From assembly GCA_973895155.1 (NCBI GenBank), contig OZ316892.1, positions 26,807,233 through 26,871,232 of the forward strand: a stretch of DNA of 64,000 bases, written 5' to 3'. The notes below the pieces were generated by a model. The model searched no databases and had not been told where the DNA came from. It saw nothing but the letters and a program-made list of their open reading frames with translations. This DNA is from Marsupella aquatica (taxonomy: Eukaryota > Plantae > Marchantiophyta). The translations under genes were made by a program, and so were the position numbers. This document shows positions 1 through 11,340 of the stretch, one piece after another; within the stretch, counting starts at the first letter, position 1, and every line of letters begins with the position of its first letter.

Positions 1-349
1 CAGTCCTTTCCAGACCCCGCAAGAGGTCGAGAAAACAGAGAACAGACCTCTAATTAGAACATATGAATTTAGTCCTCTAACAGGTCTGTTCTGTTTAGAA
101 TAAGAACACACTCCCAAAGAACAAAAGTCCAGAGGATCCCGACGGCAAGGTAAGAGACCCAATAAAGGGGATAAAAAAGGAAAAACCTGTGACTACCAAC
201 GAGCAAAAAGCCTGCGAGTCACCCATGACAGCAAATGAGCCAAAGCACTAATTAGCAATAAACTTGAAAGTCTGGTAAAGCTCTGGAGTAAACCACATAT
301 CAAGGTCGCAAGACAAATTTGTAGAGAGGCTCTAAAACAGGATTGGCCC

Positions 350-430
350 TCCCCAGAATGTTGAATGCCTGAGATGCCCCTCCCCAGAATAGTGAATGCC
401 TTCCCCAGAAGTGAATGCCTGAGAATGCCC
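350..430. repeat. Short degenerate tandem repeat (CCCCAGAA..TGAATGCCT, ~3 copies)
   Basis: ccccagaa(t) recurs at ~351, ~382 and ~403, each followed by tgaatgcct. Confidence 0.7.
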
Positions 431-2029
431 GAGTTAGGGGTGCAAAAGACATCCGTTATCTAAAAAAACACTGACAGAAACGTTTGATCTGTTTATGAGA
501 AAAAACTCAATCCGTCTAGAACAGTTGACCTGTTTCACAACAGTATTTAGTATTTCCCAGACAGCTCGAGCAATGAATATATAGTAGAGCGACAAACTGA
601 TGACAGTGTTATCAAGACTATACGCGTCGTCCCCCTCTGACTGTGCATACACTTGCTGTCAATTTGACGGCAGTACTCCGCAATGAAGGATGGAAACAGC
701 AGAGAGACGAAAGATATGTTGAAAGAAAAATACATGTCTGCCACTTCGTACTGCACAGAAGCTGTCAAAGTCATTTGTCTGGAACACGGCGAGAACGATG
801 GAAACAGACAGAGAGCGAAAGACGGAAGAAAAAATTATCAACAGTACGTTAGCTTCGTTGATATAATTAAACCTACAGTATCAATTCAAAGGAGTCATAC
901 TCAATCACCGACATAGGGAAATTGAAGCCTGCATGGGACTGAGCTTGTGGACCATCCAATCTCCATGGACTGTGACACCCTTAACATTGTCACCGGCTCA
1001 TCTTGGTCCTGTTTTGAAAGATGTTGATGAGAAAATTCTCTTCATATGCAGAGGAATTGCTTGTTCTTGATTTAGTTAGAAGCGGCTTGAAAAGAACTTT
1101 CAGACCACTCTAATATGGTCAACTTTTGTTAAGAAGTGAGAGAGCTATCAATTTTCAAAAACTGCCCCCTCACTCGATGTACTCGTCTCGTTTTTTAAAA
1201 GTTTTTTAAATGCAATTGTTTACGTCCAATTTCTCGCTGGGTATGCAGTGGAATTGACTGTTCGTAGATTCCAAGTAGCTTGGAAATATCTTTCCATCCA
1301 GTGTGATGTAGCCAACTTTCATAAAGCATTAAAGAGCTACAAATTTCAAAAGGTGATTGTCTTTTCGTCAATCACATTTCACTCTTCTAAGCAATGTATA
1401 ATCTGGGCAGAACAAGAAAGTTTGGCTGCAGCAAATTGCATGTTGCAAAATTCCATCAGACCCACCATTTGACAGACGAGGTCCACCTTGGCTTCAATTT
1501 CCAGACATACGGGAGCGAAAGAAACCCAACCACAAAAATACAGGCACGTCCGAAAATCTACAGATAGTGATATAGCTGACTGTACTTGGTGCCAACTGGA
1601 GAGAGGTAGAGATCGAGTTCCAAGCGAGCAATGATGGGCACTCAAACAGCGAAAGAGGCCATTTTCATAGGGTGGCGATATTTGTACAGTACTCGAGTTC
1701 AGTCCAGCTAGGTGCGTTTTGCACTTTTTCCAAGGTGAGTGTGCAAATCATTGAAGATATTATAGAGGAGTTTTTATGGGAAACTCATTTAACATGGCTA
1801 TTGGGCCCCACCACATTACCTTGCTTGTTGGAAGAAGGTGAAGCATGAGAATGTATGTCTTCACATTTCTTGGGCTTAAGGCAGAAGGTGAAGACATGAC
1901 CATGTATGTCTTCACGCTTCATGCAAGTGAAGGTAGAGTTTGCTCGACATTGGTCATGAAGCAAGTGTGCCCCACTTTACCAATCTTCATTGTGGAACCC
2001 TAGGATCCCAGTTCACACTGCATAAGTTG

Positions 2030-2750
2030 ATCAACTTTTGTGCAAACCTCCATTTTAAAGTGAGGTTAAGCAAAGCCTTTGTAAGCAAACCACTTGACAC
2101 TTAGAAAACCTGGAAAGTGGTTCTGAGTTCAAGCTTCATCAATTCATCAACTTTTGCACAAACCCATATCCCAAAGTGAGGTTCTCCAAAGTCCTTTGTA
2201 CACAATAGACTGGGCACTTCAAAAATTGGAGGAGATTCTGAGTTTAAGTCCGAGGTTGAAACTTCACAAACCCTTATCCCAAAGTGAGGTTCACCAAAGC
2301 TTTTTGCACACAAAGGACTTGATACTAAGAAAGCTTGGAGGAGGGGTACTTCAAGCTTCATCAGTTCATCAACTTTTGCACAAACCCCCAGGTTACCAAA
2401 GTGATGTTCACCAACGCCCTTTTGCACTCCAAAACTTGAAATTAGACAAACTTGGATCCTTATTCGTATTTCTACCTTCATCACTGTCTTGATCGGCCTA
2501 CTTTCATGCAATCCCTCATCCCAAAGTGAGATTCATGCACTGGTACCCTTTGCACACAAAACAAACTTGACACTTAGACAACTTGGATGCTCCTAGTTAC
2601 TTGGAGAGCTTCATCAGTTGACCAACTTGCACAAACCCTCATCCCCAAGTGGGATTCACAAAAGCCCATTGCACACAAAATACTTGACACTTAGAAAAAC
2701 ACAAGGACCTTTGTTCTCACCCAATGGAAGCTTTGACACTTAGAAAAATG
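2030..2750. repeat. Degenerate tandem repeat, ~115-120 bp unit, ~6 copies
   Basis: Blocks aacttttgcacaaaccc / cccaaagtgaggttc / acttgacacttagaaaa / aagcttcatca recur at roughly 2030, 2150, 2265, 2370, 2510 and 2625. ORFs 2101-2511 and 2154-2492 are by-products of this repeat. Confidence 0.8.
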
Positions 2751-3239
2751 GGAGGTTCCTTTTGTATCACCTAAATGGAAGTTTGCAAGCATCTAAACTC
2801 TAAGCGTGGGACATAAGGGGTTGTAATTGGAGGTTTTTGTAGTGGCTTTTCTGTGTACCATTAACCAGGTTCCCACCTAGCCATAGACCCCTTTGCCAGG
2901 ATCCAATAGTCATCCTTAAATCTCAGGATTTTAATGGTCAGATGTCAGTCTAGGAAAATTAGTATAAGGAATATTCCTAGCAAGTTCTACTTCACACAAG
3001 GTGACATTACCAACACTGGAAAGAGACAAAATTAGGCTGGTTGTAGTAGTCTCAAACCTCAAATTTGATGGACCCTAACTTAGTAGTAGTTACGGTCACA
3101 GACATAAAAAGTCATGGATTACCAAATTCATGATCCATAACATTTTGCCATAAGGATTGGTTGTATGACCACAAGCCATTGTAGAGGCTAGTGAAGAAAA
3201 AACAAACAATAATACTTTTACACAACCCTCTCAAAAGCT

Positions 3240-3720
3240 GTGACCATTTGTTTGTGGCCAGAAGCCATCCTCCTTAGCTATGAAGCTTTGAGAGTTCCTC
3301 TAGGGCGTGTCACCCCACTGCCATAAGCAAGGTCTTATGGCTGTGACTTTTTGGACGTAGCATCCTTATGGGCATGTATTTAGGTAGTCTGTAGTGTTTT
3401 TGTCCTGGCCATAAAAGCACTTTATCCTTGGCCGTAACTTGGTGACAGACTTGCTTTGACACCCCTAATAGCAACACTAGTCAAAGTCATATGGACATGT
3501 GTATATGGCCAAGAGCCATCATCCTTAACTATGAAAGCTTTGAGAGTCCCTTTTAGGGCTGTTGGAGCAGTGCCATAAGCAAGGTCTTTGACTTTTTGGA
3601 AGAAACATCTTAATTATGGGGCCCATCTTTAGGTAGTCTGTAGCGTTTTTGTCAGCCCCATTAGCAACACTGTCGAAAGTCACATGGCCATTTGTTTGTG
3701 GCCAAAAGCCGCCTATGAAC
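3240..3720. repeat. Degenerate long-unit repeat (~190-260 bp, two copies plus a partial)
   Basis: tgtggcca..agccatc / aagctttgagag / gccataagcaaggtctt / tttaggtagtctgtag recur at ~3250-3410 and ~3500-3660; a third start lies at ~3690. Confidence 0.75.
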
Positions 3721-4253
3721 GAAGCTTTGAGAGGCCCCATCAGCAACACTGGCAAAAGTCCAAAAAACATATGAATGAGAGGCCCTATCAGCAACACTGG
3801 CACAAGTCCAAAACCATATGAATGAAGCTATGAGAGGCCCTATCAGCAACACTGGCAAAAGTCCAAAAACATATGAATGAAGCTATGAGAGGCCCTATCA
3901 GCAACACTGGCAAAAGTCTAAAGTACATATGAATGAAGCTTTGAGAGGTCCTATTAGCAACACTGGAAAAAGTCCCAAAAAAATATGAAGGAAGCTTTGA
4001 GAGGCCCTATCAGCAACACTGGCAAAAGTCCAAAAACCATATGAATGAAGCTTTGAGAGGCCATATTAGCAACACTGGAAAAAGTCCCAAAAACATATGA
4101 AGGAAGCTTTGAGAGGCCCTATTAGCAACACTGGCAAAAGTCCAAAACCATAAGAATGAAGCTTTGAGAGGCCCCAATTAGCAACACTGGCAAAAGTCCA
4201 AAAACCATATGAATGAAGCTTTGAGAGGCCCTATTAGCGAAAGTCCAAAAACC
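3721..4253. repeat. Minisatellite, ~55-56 bp unit, ~9.5 copies
   Basis: Unit GAATGAAGCTTTGAGAGGCCCTATCAGCAACACTGGCAAAAGTCCAAAAACATAT repeated head-to-tail with few substitutions and no unique spacers. Confidence 0.95.
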
Positions 4254-4665
4254 TTAAAATTACGAGGCTTGCAAATGAAGGAGTTCCTACAAACAGTCAT
4301 CTCAGTGACCCCAAAGCTATGCTGAGGAACAGTCGACCTCAATGCGGAGAGCAGAGCTTGCTTGCTAAGCACCGGAACGTCAACGTGAGAAATGTGCGTT
4401 GCCATGGAAAAAGTTGTTGGGAAACGGAATGACCGCGACTGTGCAATCTCTAATCAGTCGGGGGCAAGTGGAGCAAGTGGAGCGAGTGGAAGCTTACAGC
4501 AGTAGCTTCAGCTTCCAGTAATTATCCGCAGCTGTCGATGCATTCTTTGCTCCCACTGCTGAGTGTACCATACTAAAGGAATGACAGTGAATCCGAGATT
4601 TGGATAGATTGACAGAAAAAGTGCTCGATTGGGATCACATCTGGTGGCGGCTTTTCCCCAATTGA

Positions 4666-4697
4666 ATAAGAGAAGAGAAGAGAAGAGAAGAGAAGAG
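4666..4697. repeat. (AGAAG)n microsatellite
   Basis: Direct reading agaagagaagagaagagaagagaagag. Confidence 0.85.
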
Positions 4698-5421
4698 TAG
4701 AGGTGACGGTCTTTTGCTCGTATCCTGAACATTTTTCTAGGCCGAGGAAGATGATTGCTACAGTGGTCGTCGTTGTCAATGTTGTACGCCGCCTTGCAGT
4801 AAGTGGTTGGGAGGGTTGCTGCTGAGAGGAGTGTTCCACATTTTTCACGGCAGCTGGAGATGGATGGAGACCGCGCTAGGTGGCGGCAAGGCAAGCAGTG
4901 TCTCCTCGTTTCTTAGACCGCTATGGAAATACTAGAAACGTTGAAGCTGGAAGGAGGTCTCAGTTTGAAAATATAGCCTGGAGATGGAGGCGGAGAAACA
5001 ACCAACGGGAGACGTAATGTTATTAAAGTGTGATTTTTATCGAAGGAATTCACCCTCGCATTTTTTAAGGCGTGGTTCGTAGAACACCAAATTACAGCAG
5101 GCTCCTGATATATGAGTCATCTTCAGAGTAGTTGATGTTCATACCTGCGCGATCCAGGAGCGTGTACAGCCAACCTTCAAATAGCTAGGAAAGGCTCTGG
5201 ACCCTCTTAACGACTGAACTCCAGCAGTAATTTGGTCATGACCAAGGACAGAGAGTTTGAATGATTGAAATCATAAACATCATCGAAGTTCGTCACAATC
5301 TGCGTCAATTTTCTTTTAAGGTTCCTGGTTGGATATCTCGTCCATTGGAGGTGCTCTAAGGTGGAATTCGCTCATCGAAAGTTGTTAATTTCTAGCTGCA
5401 GACCGAGTAGTCGTCCAACAG

Positions 5422-8400
5422 ATGGCTGGAGAATTCATCTATTCTCTGCCGCAGATGGAACTGGCAAGTGCGAAGGCTGGATGCATCACTGTCCTAATAG
5501 TGAGCGCGATGTACTTTGGGATTTGGCGCCCTTATAAGCGGCACACATTTTACAGGCGGCAGAGGCTGAAGGGCCCGGATTTTAGGCCTCTGATTGGCAA
5601 TTGGATGGATATCTGGAATTTGCAACGCAAGTTCGCGACATTAAAACGTCAAAACGCACATCCAGCTGCTGATGTGGCCGTCCGCAGCTTGCCGCATTTG
5701 TTTCAATGGAGCAAGCTTTACGGTGAGTTTTGCATTTATCCGATTCTCTTACACTATTCAGATTTTCTCGCAGCTGAACGCAATTAGCTAGGAGTATTGG
5801 AAAACGCTCTCCCCTCATTGTGGTTAGACCTGAATCGTAACATTAAGTTCCACATTAGAATAGAAGAGATACATTATTAGTAATCTTTGTCGTACTTTTC
5901 CTCCAGCTTAGATCCAATTCCCAGTTCAACTGGACTTCCAACTCTTCGGGAAAGGAAATTATTCCTTGGCCTTGTAAACTTAATCCAGAGTAGGAATCCT
6001 CTTTCCATTGATTGCAATCATGATGACAACAGTCCAGTGCATTTGGAAGACAAATAGCACAATATCGTCCGTCAAACAAAGTGGATCTTCCGTAGCCATT
6101 CATATTTTCCCAGTTTAGTACAGTCGGGCCTTTGGAGAATCGTTTTGTAGACTTACAGATTAAATCCAGAGATGCTCGTCATCATGGCGAAATTATCACA
6201 ACCCACGATCACGCGGACGAACATAAGTCGGCCACCATTCCTTTCAAGCTCAAACAACGCTACCCCTGTTCGGTTCGTTACCACGAGGAACCTCGTTTCT
6301 GTAGTGCTAACGGGGAACCTCCTTTGTTTTGTCAATGCCAAAACAGAAAACAATATTATGTAGTGAGCTTAGTAAGCGCATTTAATGACGGCCTGGTGTT
6401 TGTCGCTGATCTTTCTGCGATCGTTTGATACTTGAATAATAACATTTCTAATTGATGATCAAATGCAGGTTCTATGTTCACGTACATGGAAGGGACTACA
6501 GTAAACCTATGTGTTTCAGACGTCGACATCATAAAAGAATTGCTGGTAAACAAATCTGATTGCTATCGTAGAAATCCGACCTGGTTTTTCTGGCGCAACA
6601 TCAGCGATGGGTCCGGAAGGTCATTCTTAGAGCAGCTGGGCAATTCTAAGGCTCTAAATGTGATGGTCCACTGCCAGCCCAACCGCTCGTCCAAGCTGAG
6701 GGCAATATTGGGGCCTGGGACTGATTTTGACATCAACTCCATTCAGGTGCTTCTTCTGCTAAGCGTTTCTCAATATTGGGGTGTTCTACGAATCTATCTA
6801 TTGAAGCTGAGGCTAATCGATATTTGCCTCGATTTTCTACGAGTCGGCATCGTCCATGAGATGTATCTTTCTACAAATGAGTCTCCCCTGTTGAGTCATT
6901 CTACTATTAACAGCCTCGACCTCTTGACCCAGCTTTTCACAAATCAGTCAGTAGAAGCACAGATTGAGCGAGAATTGTGATCAATTATAAGGACTAAACA
7001 CCTAGACTGAAATTTCTGTTCCACGATTAGTCTTTAGAATTACAGACAAAGATGTGGACTCTGAAGGCTTACAGAAGTCCTTATGGTTGACTGCGCAGGG
7101 CATTTTGCAGAGGGCCATCATTCAGTGCAAAACTCTGGTGACCCTATGGGAACAGTTGATCGATGAAGGCTTCGACGTGGGGGATGGCACGTTCAAGGTG
7201 GATGCAACGCACGACATCGCAAAAACTAGTATGAGTGTCGTCCTCACGAATCTGATCGGCTCCACTCTATCGAGCCAAGACCTCGAAATGATCCATTCCG
7301 TCTTGAAAACCCAGGGAGACGAGTTCGAGAATGCCACCAGGGCTTGCTCCCTCTTCGGCGGCTGTAGGTGTGCTTCTTCACCTCTCTTCACCCATTTGAG
7401 GACTTACTAGAGACAACAACGAGAATGGAAGGACACATAAAGAGTGCCCCGGAAGTTTCAAACAGTTTTCAACGGTAGTAATTGTCTCTGAGCCTGGGTT
7501 GAAGAGGAACCATCCATTGGCGATTTCAGTCTGACTAATCGTCTCTGAGCCCAGTTTCCAAGTTTGAAGTGTCATCATTCGTTTAGATTTCAATCTCACT
7601 AATCGTCTTTGAGCTCATTGTGAAAGTTACAAATGTATAAACGCATTTAAATTTTCAATCGGGTTAGGCGTCTCTGAACCTGACTTTGAAACTTTGACAT
7701 GTAACTATTCATGTCGACTCTAAGTCTCACTTGGTGTGTCTGAGCTCATTTTGAAATCTCGAAGCGTATCTACTCCTTTGCGTGTTCCGTGTTGCTACTT
7801 GTCGATAGTACCAAATTAAAACAGGTCGGTTGAGCAGTAACCGACCTGTTCATTGTAAGTCATCGTCTGTGGGCCTCTTTTCTCGTTAGGATGCCGCTTT
7901 TCTTATTCACAAATTGAATGTGCAGATCAAAGAAAGATGGCTGGCTAGACCGGCTGCTGTCAGATACAGTGCAACACAGGTTCCAGACCTTGGAACGGCA
8001 AGGTCGGCATGATCCGAGAGACCTAATGGATCTCATGGTTGCCTACTCGTACCACAGCGGAAGGAAGGACGTAAGGCAGCTTGTTAGCGACTGCAAGACG
8101 ATTGTGGCAGCTCAAAAGTCGACCACCTATCTGATTAACAACACTTTACTGCTGCTGGCTCAGCACAGCGATTGGCAAGTTCAGGCTCGAGCTGAAGTGC
8201 AATTCCTCCAGCCCCTGAGCTCTACCTTCGATGAGGATGCAGACGGCTTGAACTTGTTCTACCCCAAGCTCGCCAAACTGAAAGTTGTAAGTACAGAATT
8301 CGCTTCCTTCAAATTGTCGTCCGAAACTTGAGTTGTGGCTTCAGCTTTGGTCTGAGCGCCAGGTTTATCGATGAAACAAATCTCCCCGGCTTAGTTATCT

Positions 8401-9056
8401 CCATGAGAAATTCTGTCACCTTTATCATCTTTCCTCTTTTTAAAATCCTTTCCCGTTAGTTCTTTCGTTCACAAAAAGTTGTCTTGTGCATGCTCAATGT
8501 TCGCTCTTCAAGACATGTACTTAAGTCGCAGGCTATAGGGCAGTTCCAAACCTTCGATCATTTTGTGAAGCGGTGATTGAGACGCTCGGATGTTTCACGT
8601 GCGCAGCTGAATTTGATCCTGAACGAATCACTACGCCTGGCGCCACCGATCATTTCCGTCGAGAAGCTGTGCCAGAAACGGAACCGGCTCGGCAAATACA
8701 CGGTCCTGCCCGGAACAGTCGTGCGGATTCCTATAGTGTTGCTCCACCACAACCACAAACTCTGGGGGGAGGACTCTGCCTCGTTTCGGCCGGACCGATT
8801 CGAGCACAAGGCCGGGAAGAGCACACCCTTCGCCCTGCTCCCATTCTCCGCTGGCTCTTCCGTTTGCCTGGGATTCAGCTTCGCTCTCCTGGAAGCCAAA
8901 ATCGTCCTCGCCTCCATCTTGAGCAACTTCTCCTTCCGTCTGTCGCCCGACTATCATGGCGGCACTCCCTCTCTCAGCATTAGGAAGCTCCAAATGGATG
9001 ACTTCGCTCAAGCGGCCAACGAAAGACTTTGCAGAACTCGAAGCAGTTTCTTCTAG
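5422..9056 (+). CDS. Cytochrome P450, CYP72-clan-like, divergent (5 exons, 552 aa)
   Basis: Exons 5422-5722, 6469-6746, 7099-7367, 7926-8286, 8607-9056; all introns GT-AG with compatible phases; total 1659 nt, open. N-terminal membrane anchor, then WRP..KGPDFRPLIGN and PHLFQWSKLYG as in CYP72-clan proteins; LLAQHSDWQVQARAEV; K-helix ESLR; PDRF; heme loop FSAGSSVCLG with the axial Cys. Family cannot be assigned by eye. Confidence 0.9.
7480..7770. repeat. Degenerate ~62-67 bp tandem repeat (5 copies) in P450 intron 3
   Basis: gtctctgagcc / gtctttgagctc / gtctctgaacc / gtctgagctc followed by ..tgaaa.. at ~7484, 7541, 7605, 7670, 7738. Confidence 0.6.
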
Positions 9057-9131
9057 CAAATTAATACCGTGTCCCCATTGGTTTTTCTTGATCCAAACAA
9101 GAAGCTCCAGCTACACACCGGAAACCTTGGT

Positions 9132-9132
<1 letters not shown>

Positions 9133-9167
<35 letters not shown>
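9133..9167. repeat. (AG)17 microsatellite in the P450 3' region
   Basis: Perfect AG run. Confidence 0.95.
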
Positions 9168-9171
<4 letters not shown>

Positions 9172-9297
9172 GATTCCATCGTCGTTTGTCCCAATTGATT
9201 CGCCCGCCAAACTCACTTTTCGCCTCATGTCTGTAGTTCATACACCCAACAGACAGGAACGCTAGCTCCGCGTAATCCCTTGGAGCTGAACAAAATT

Positions 9298-10281
9298 GAA
9301 AACTCATTCATCACCAATCCCCTCTACATCGCTGGAAAATTCACAGAACCGGTCACAGCAATGTCCTTCAGACAGACCTTTTTGTCAGACACAGACCGAC
9401 GGACAGCGAAGATGCAGGTGAACAGCTTGTGTTGAAGACTGTTTCTTGAGTGGAATCCAAGGCTCTGTAGACCGACCAATTCGCCGCTTCTGCGGGACCA
9501 CCTCCCTTGGCGATGACCAGAATTCAAAACTGTCATTCATCACCAATCATCTCTCCAATCATCGCTGGAAAATCCACAGAACCAGTCACAGGGCTCTCCC
9601 TCAGACAGACAAGGATCAGACAGACGGACAGAGAAAATGCAGGTGAACAGTTTCTTCGAGTATTGTTTCTTGAGAGGCTCTGTAGACCGACCAATTCTCC
9701 GCTCTACGGGAGCGCATTACCAACATTGAAAGTGTCATTCACCACCACTCATCTCTACATCGCTGGAAAATCTAGCGAACCCATTACAGCAATCTCCCTC
9801 AGACAGACAACAGACAGACGGACAGGGAAAATGCAGGTGAACAGCTTCTTCTGAATATTGTATCTTGAGTGGAATGAAAGGCTTTGTAGACCAATTGACC
9901 ACTCTACGGGAGCGCATGACCGACTTTGAAACTGTCATTCATCACCAATCATGTCGAAAATCCACAGAACCAGTCAAAGCAATCTCCCTCAGACAGACGG
10001 ACGCAGAAAATGCAGGTGAACAGCTTCTTTTGAATACTGTTTCTCTAGTGGAATGCAACGCTCCGTAGACCGACCAATTCACCACTCTTCGGGAGCATGT
10101 CCCTAAGATTTGACCAAAATTCAAAACTGTCATTCATCACCAATCATCTGTACATCGCTTGAAAATTCACAGAACTGGTCACAGACTCACAGCAATCTCC
10201 CCCAGACGGAAGGAGAAATGCTGGTGCCCAGTTTCTTCAAGTATTGTTTCTCGAGTGGAATCCAATGCTCTGTAGACCGAG
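9298..10281. repeat. Tandem repeat, ~195-230 bp unit, 5 copies
   Basis: Ordered blocks tcattcatcaccaatc / catcgctggaaaat / cacagaacc / aatctccctcagacagac / atgcaggtgaacag / ctctgtagaccgaccaattc start near 9300, 9527, 9730, 9929 and 10122. Confidence 0.9.
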
Positions 10282-11029
10282 TGAACAAGAGAGTTGTGGA
10301 CGTAGTTGGGCAGAAAAGATTAGCAGCCTTTGAATTTTGAAGGCCAGTGAGGGTGCTGTGAGTTCTAATTGTTCTCCGAGTACAGTGAGGGAGCGGCCAA
10401 TTCATTTTATCACATTGGTCTAAACCATTCAGTTCACCATTACTTAAACCACATCTTCTTGTATAGGAGCTTCTGCTTACAGTAGTGCACAGCTATGGGT
10501 TACCTTAGTGCACATTTTAGTTTCACTAGGAATGGACTTGAGCTCCATTTTTTATGGTCAATGTATATATTATTGTTCATCACAGGACAAGAATAGGAGT
10601 ATCCATGTTGGGAATGGGGGGCCTTTTCTTAGGGCAGGTGGGGTTAAATGAATGACAAATTAGCATACATTAGGGAGCCTCAAGTTTCATAGTTATGGAT
10701 GATAGGTTTTGGCCATACACACGTGGCCATAGCTTTTTTTGAATCTCATAATCACATCTTGGATCAGCAAAGCAGTGAGATCGTATGAAATATATACTTA
10801 CAGTACCATGATTGCTACCTATAGACAAAGTTGGCCATCCCATTGAATGCTTGTCACTATAACACCCTCCACTTTCTCGTATTCGTCCCTTTGTGAAAAA
10901 CTCTTTGCTTTACCTCCAATACTCCATGTCATCTTTACCTCCTCTGGAAAATCATTCACTCAAAAACTCTTCCGGCGATTTGGTCTGCTCGGAGTCATAG
11001 GAACTTGGAACCTATCTTGGTACACCCAA

Positions 11030-11340
11030 ATAAGTTATTTCCTCAGCATCCAGCGGTTGTTTGTGTTTCCCCTGTCAAGATCCAATGGTACCGGATTCCC
11101 TCAGTCTAGTCTTTTGACCACCCTCGGGTCAGTTGGTCACTGACCCGAGGGTGAGTCGGGAGGGCTGCAGGGCAAGGCCGAGAAGGGGTGCAGGCAACTT
11201 GCCTTTGGGCCAACTGACCCAAGGGTGGTCAAAGACAAGACTAAGGGAATCCGACACCGTTTGATTTCGACAGTGGGGGGGGGAGGGGGAGAGCGGCGGC
11301 GGGCACAGAGAGCCGTTGGATGTGAAAGAGATAACCTGGG
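11030..11340. mobile_element. Foldback / MITE-like element with long imperfect terminal inverted repeats
   Basis: 11069-11138 is an imperfect reverse complement of 11210-11277; weaker inverted similarity continues outward (gttat..catccagcgg..tgtg versus cacagagagccgttggatg..ataac). No coding capacity; no TSD identified. Confidence 0.7.

Noticed and set aside
3721-4253. CRISPR-like array
   Set aside because: Units are contiguous and similar along their whole length with no unique spacers; no cas genes; eukaryotic context.
8558-9059. Overlapping alternative-frame and antisense ORFs over P450 exon 5
   Set aside because: Expected shadows of a GC-rich coding exon; no recognisable motifs.
9298-10281. 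CRISPR-like array or repeat-protein gene
   Set aside because: Whole ~200-bp units are homologous, lengths vary without keeping frame, and no continuous ORF exists.
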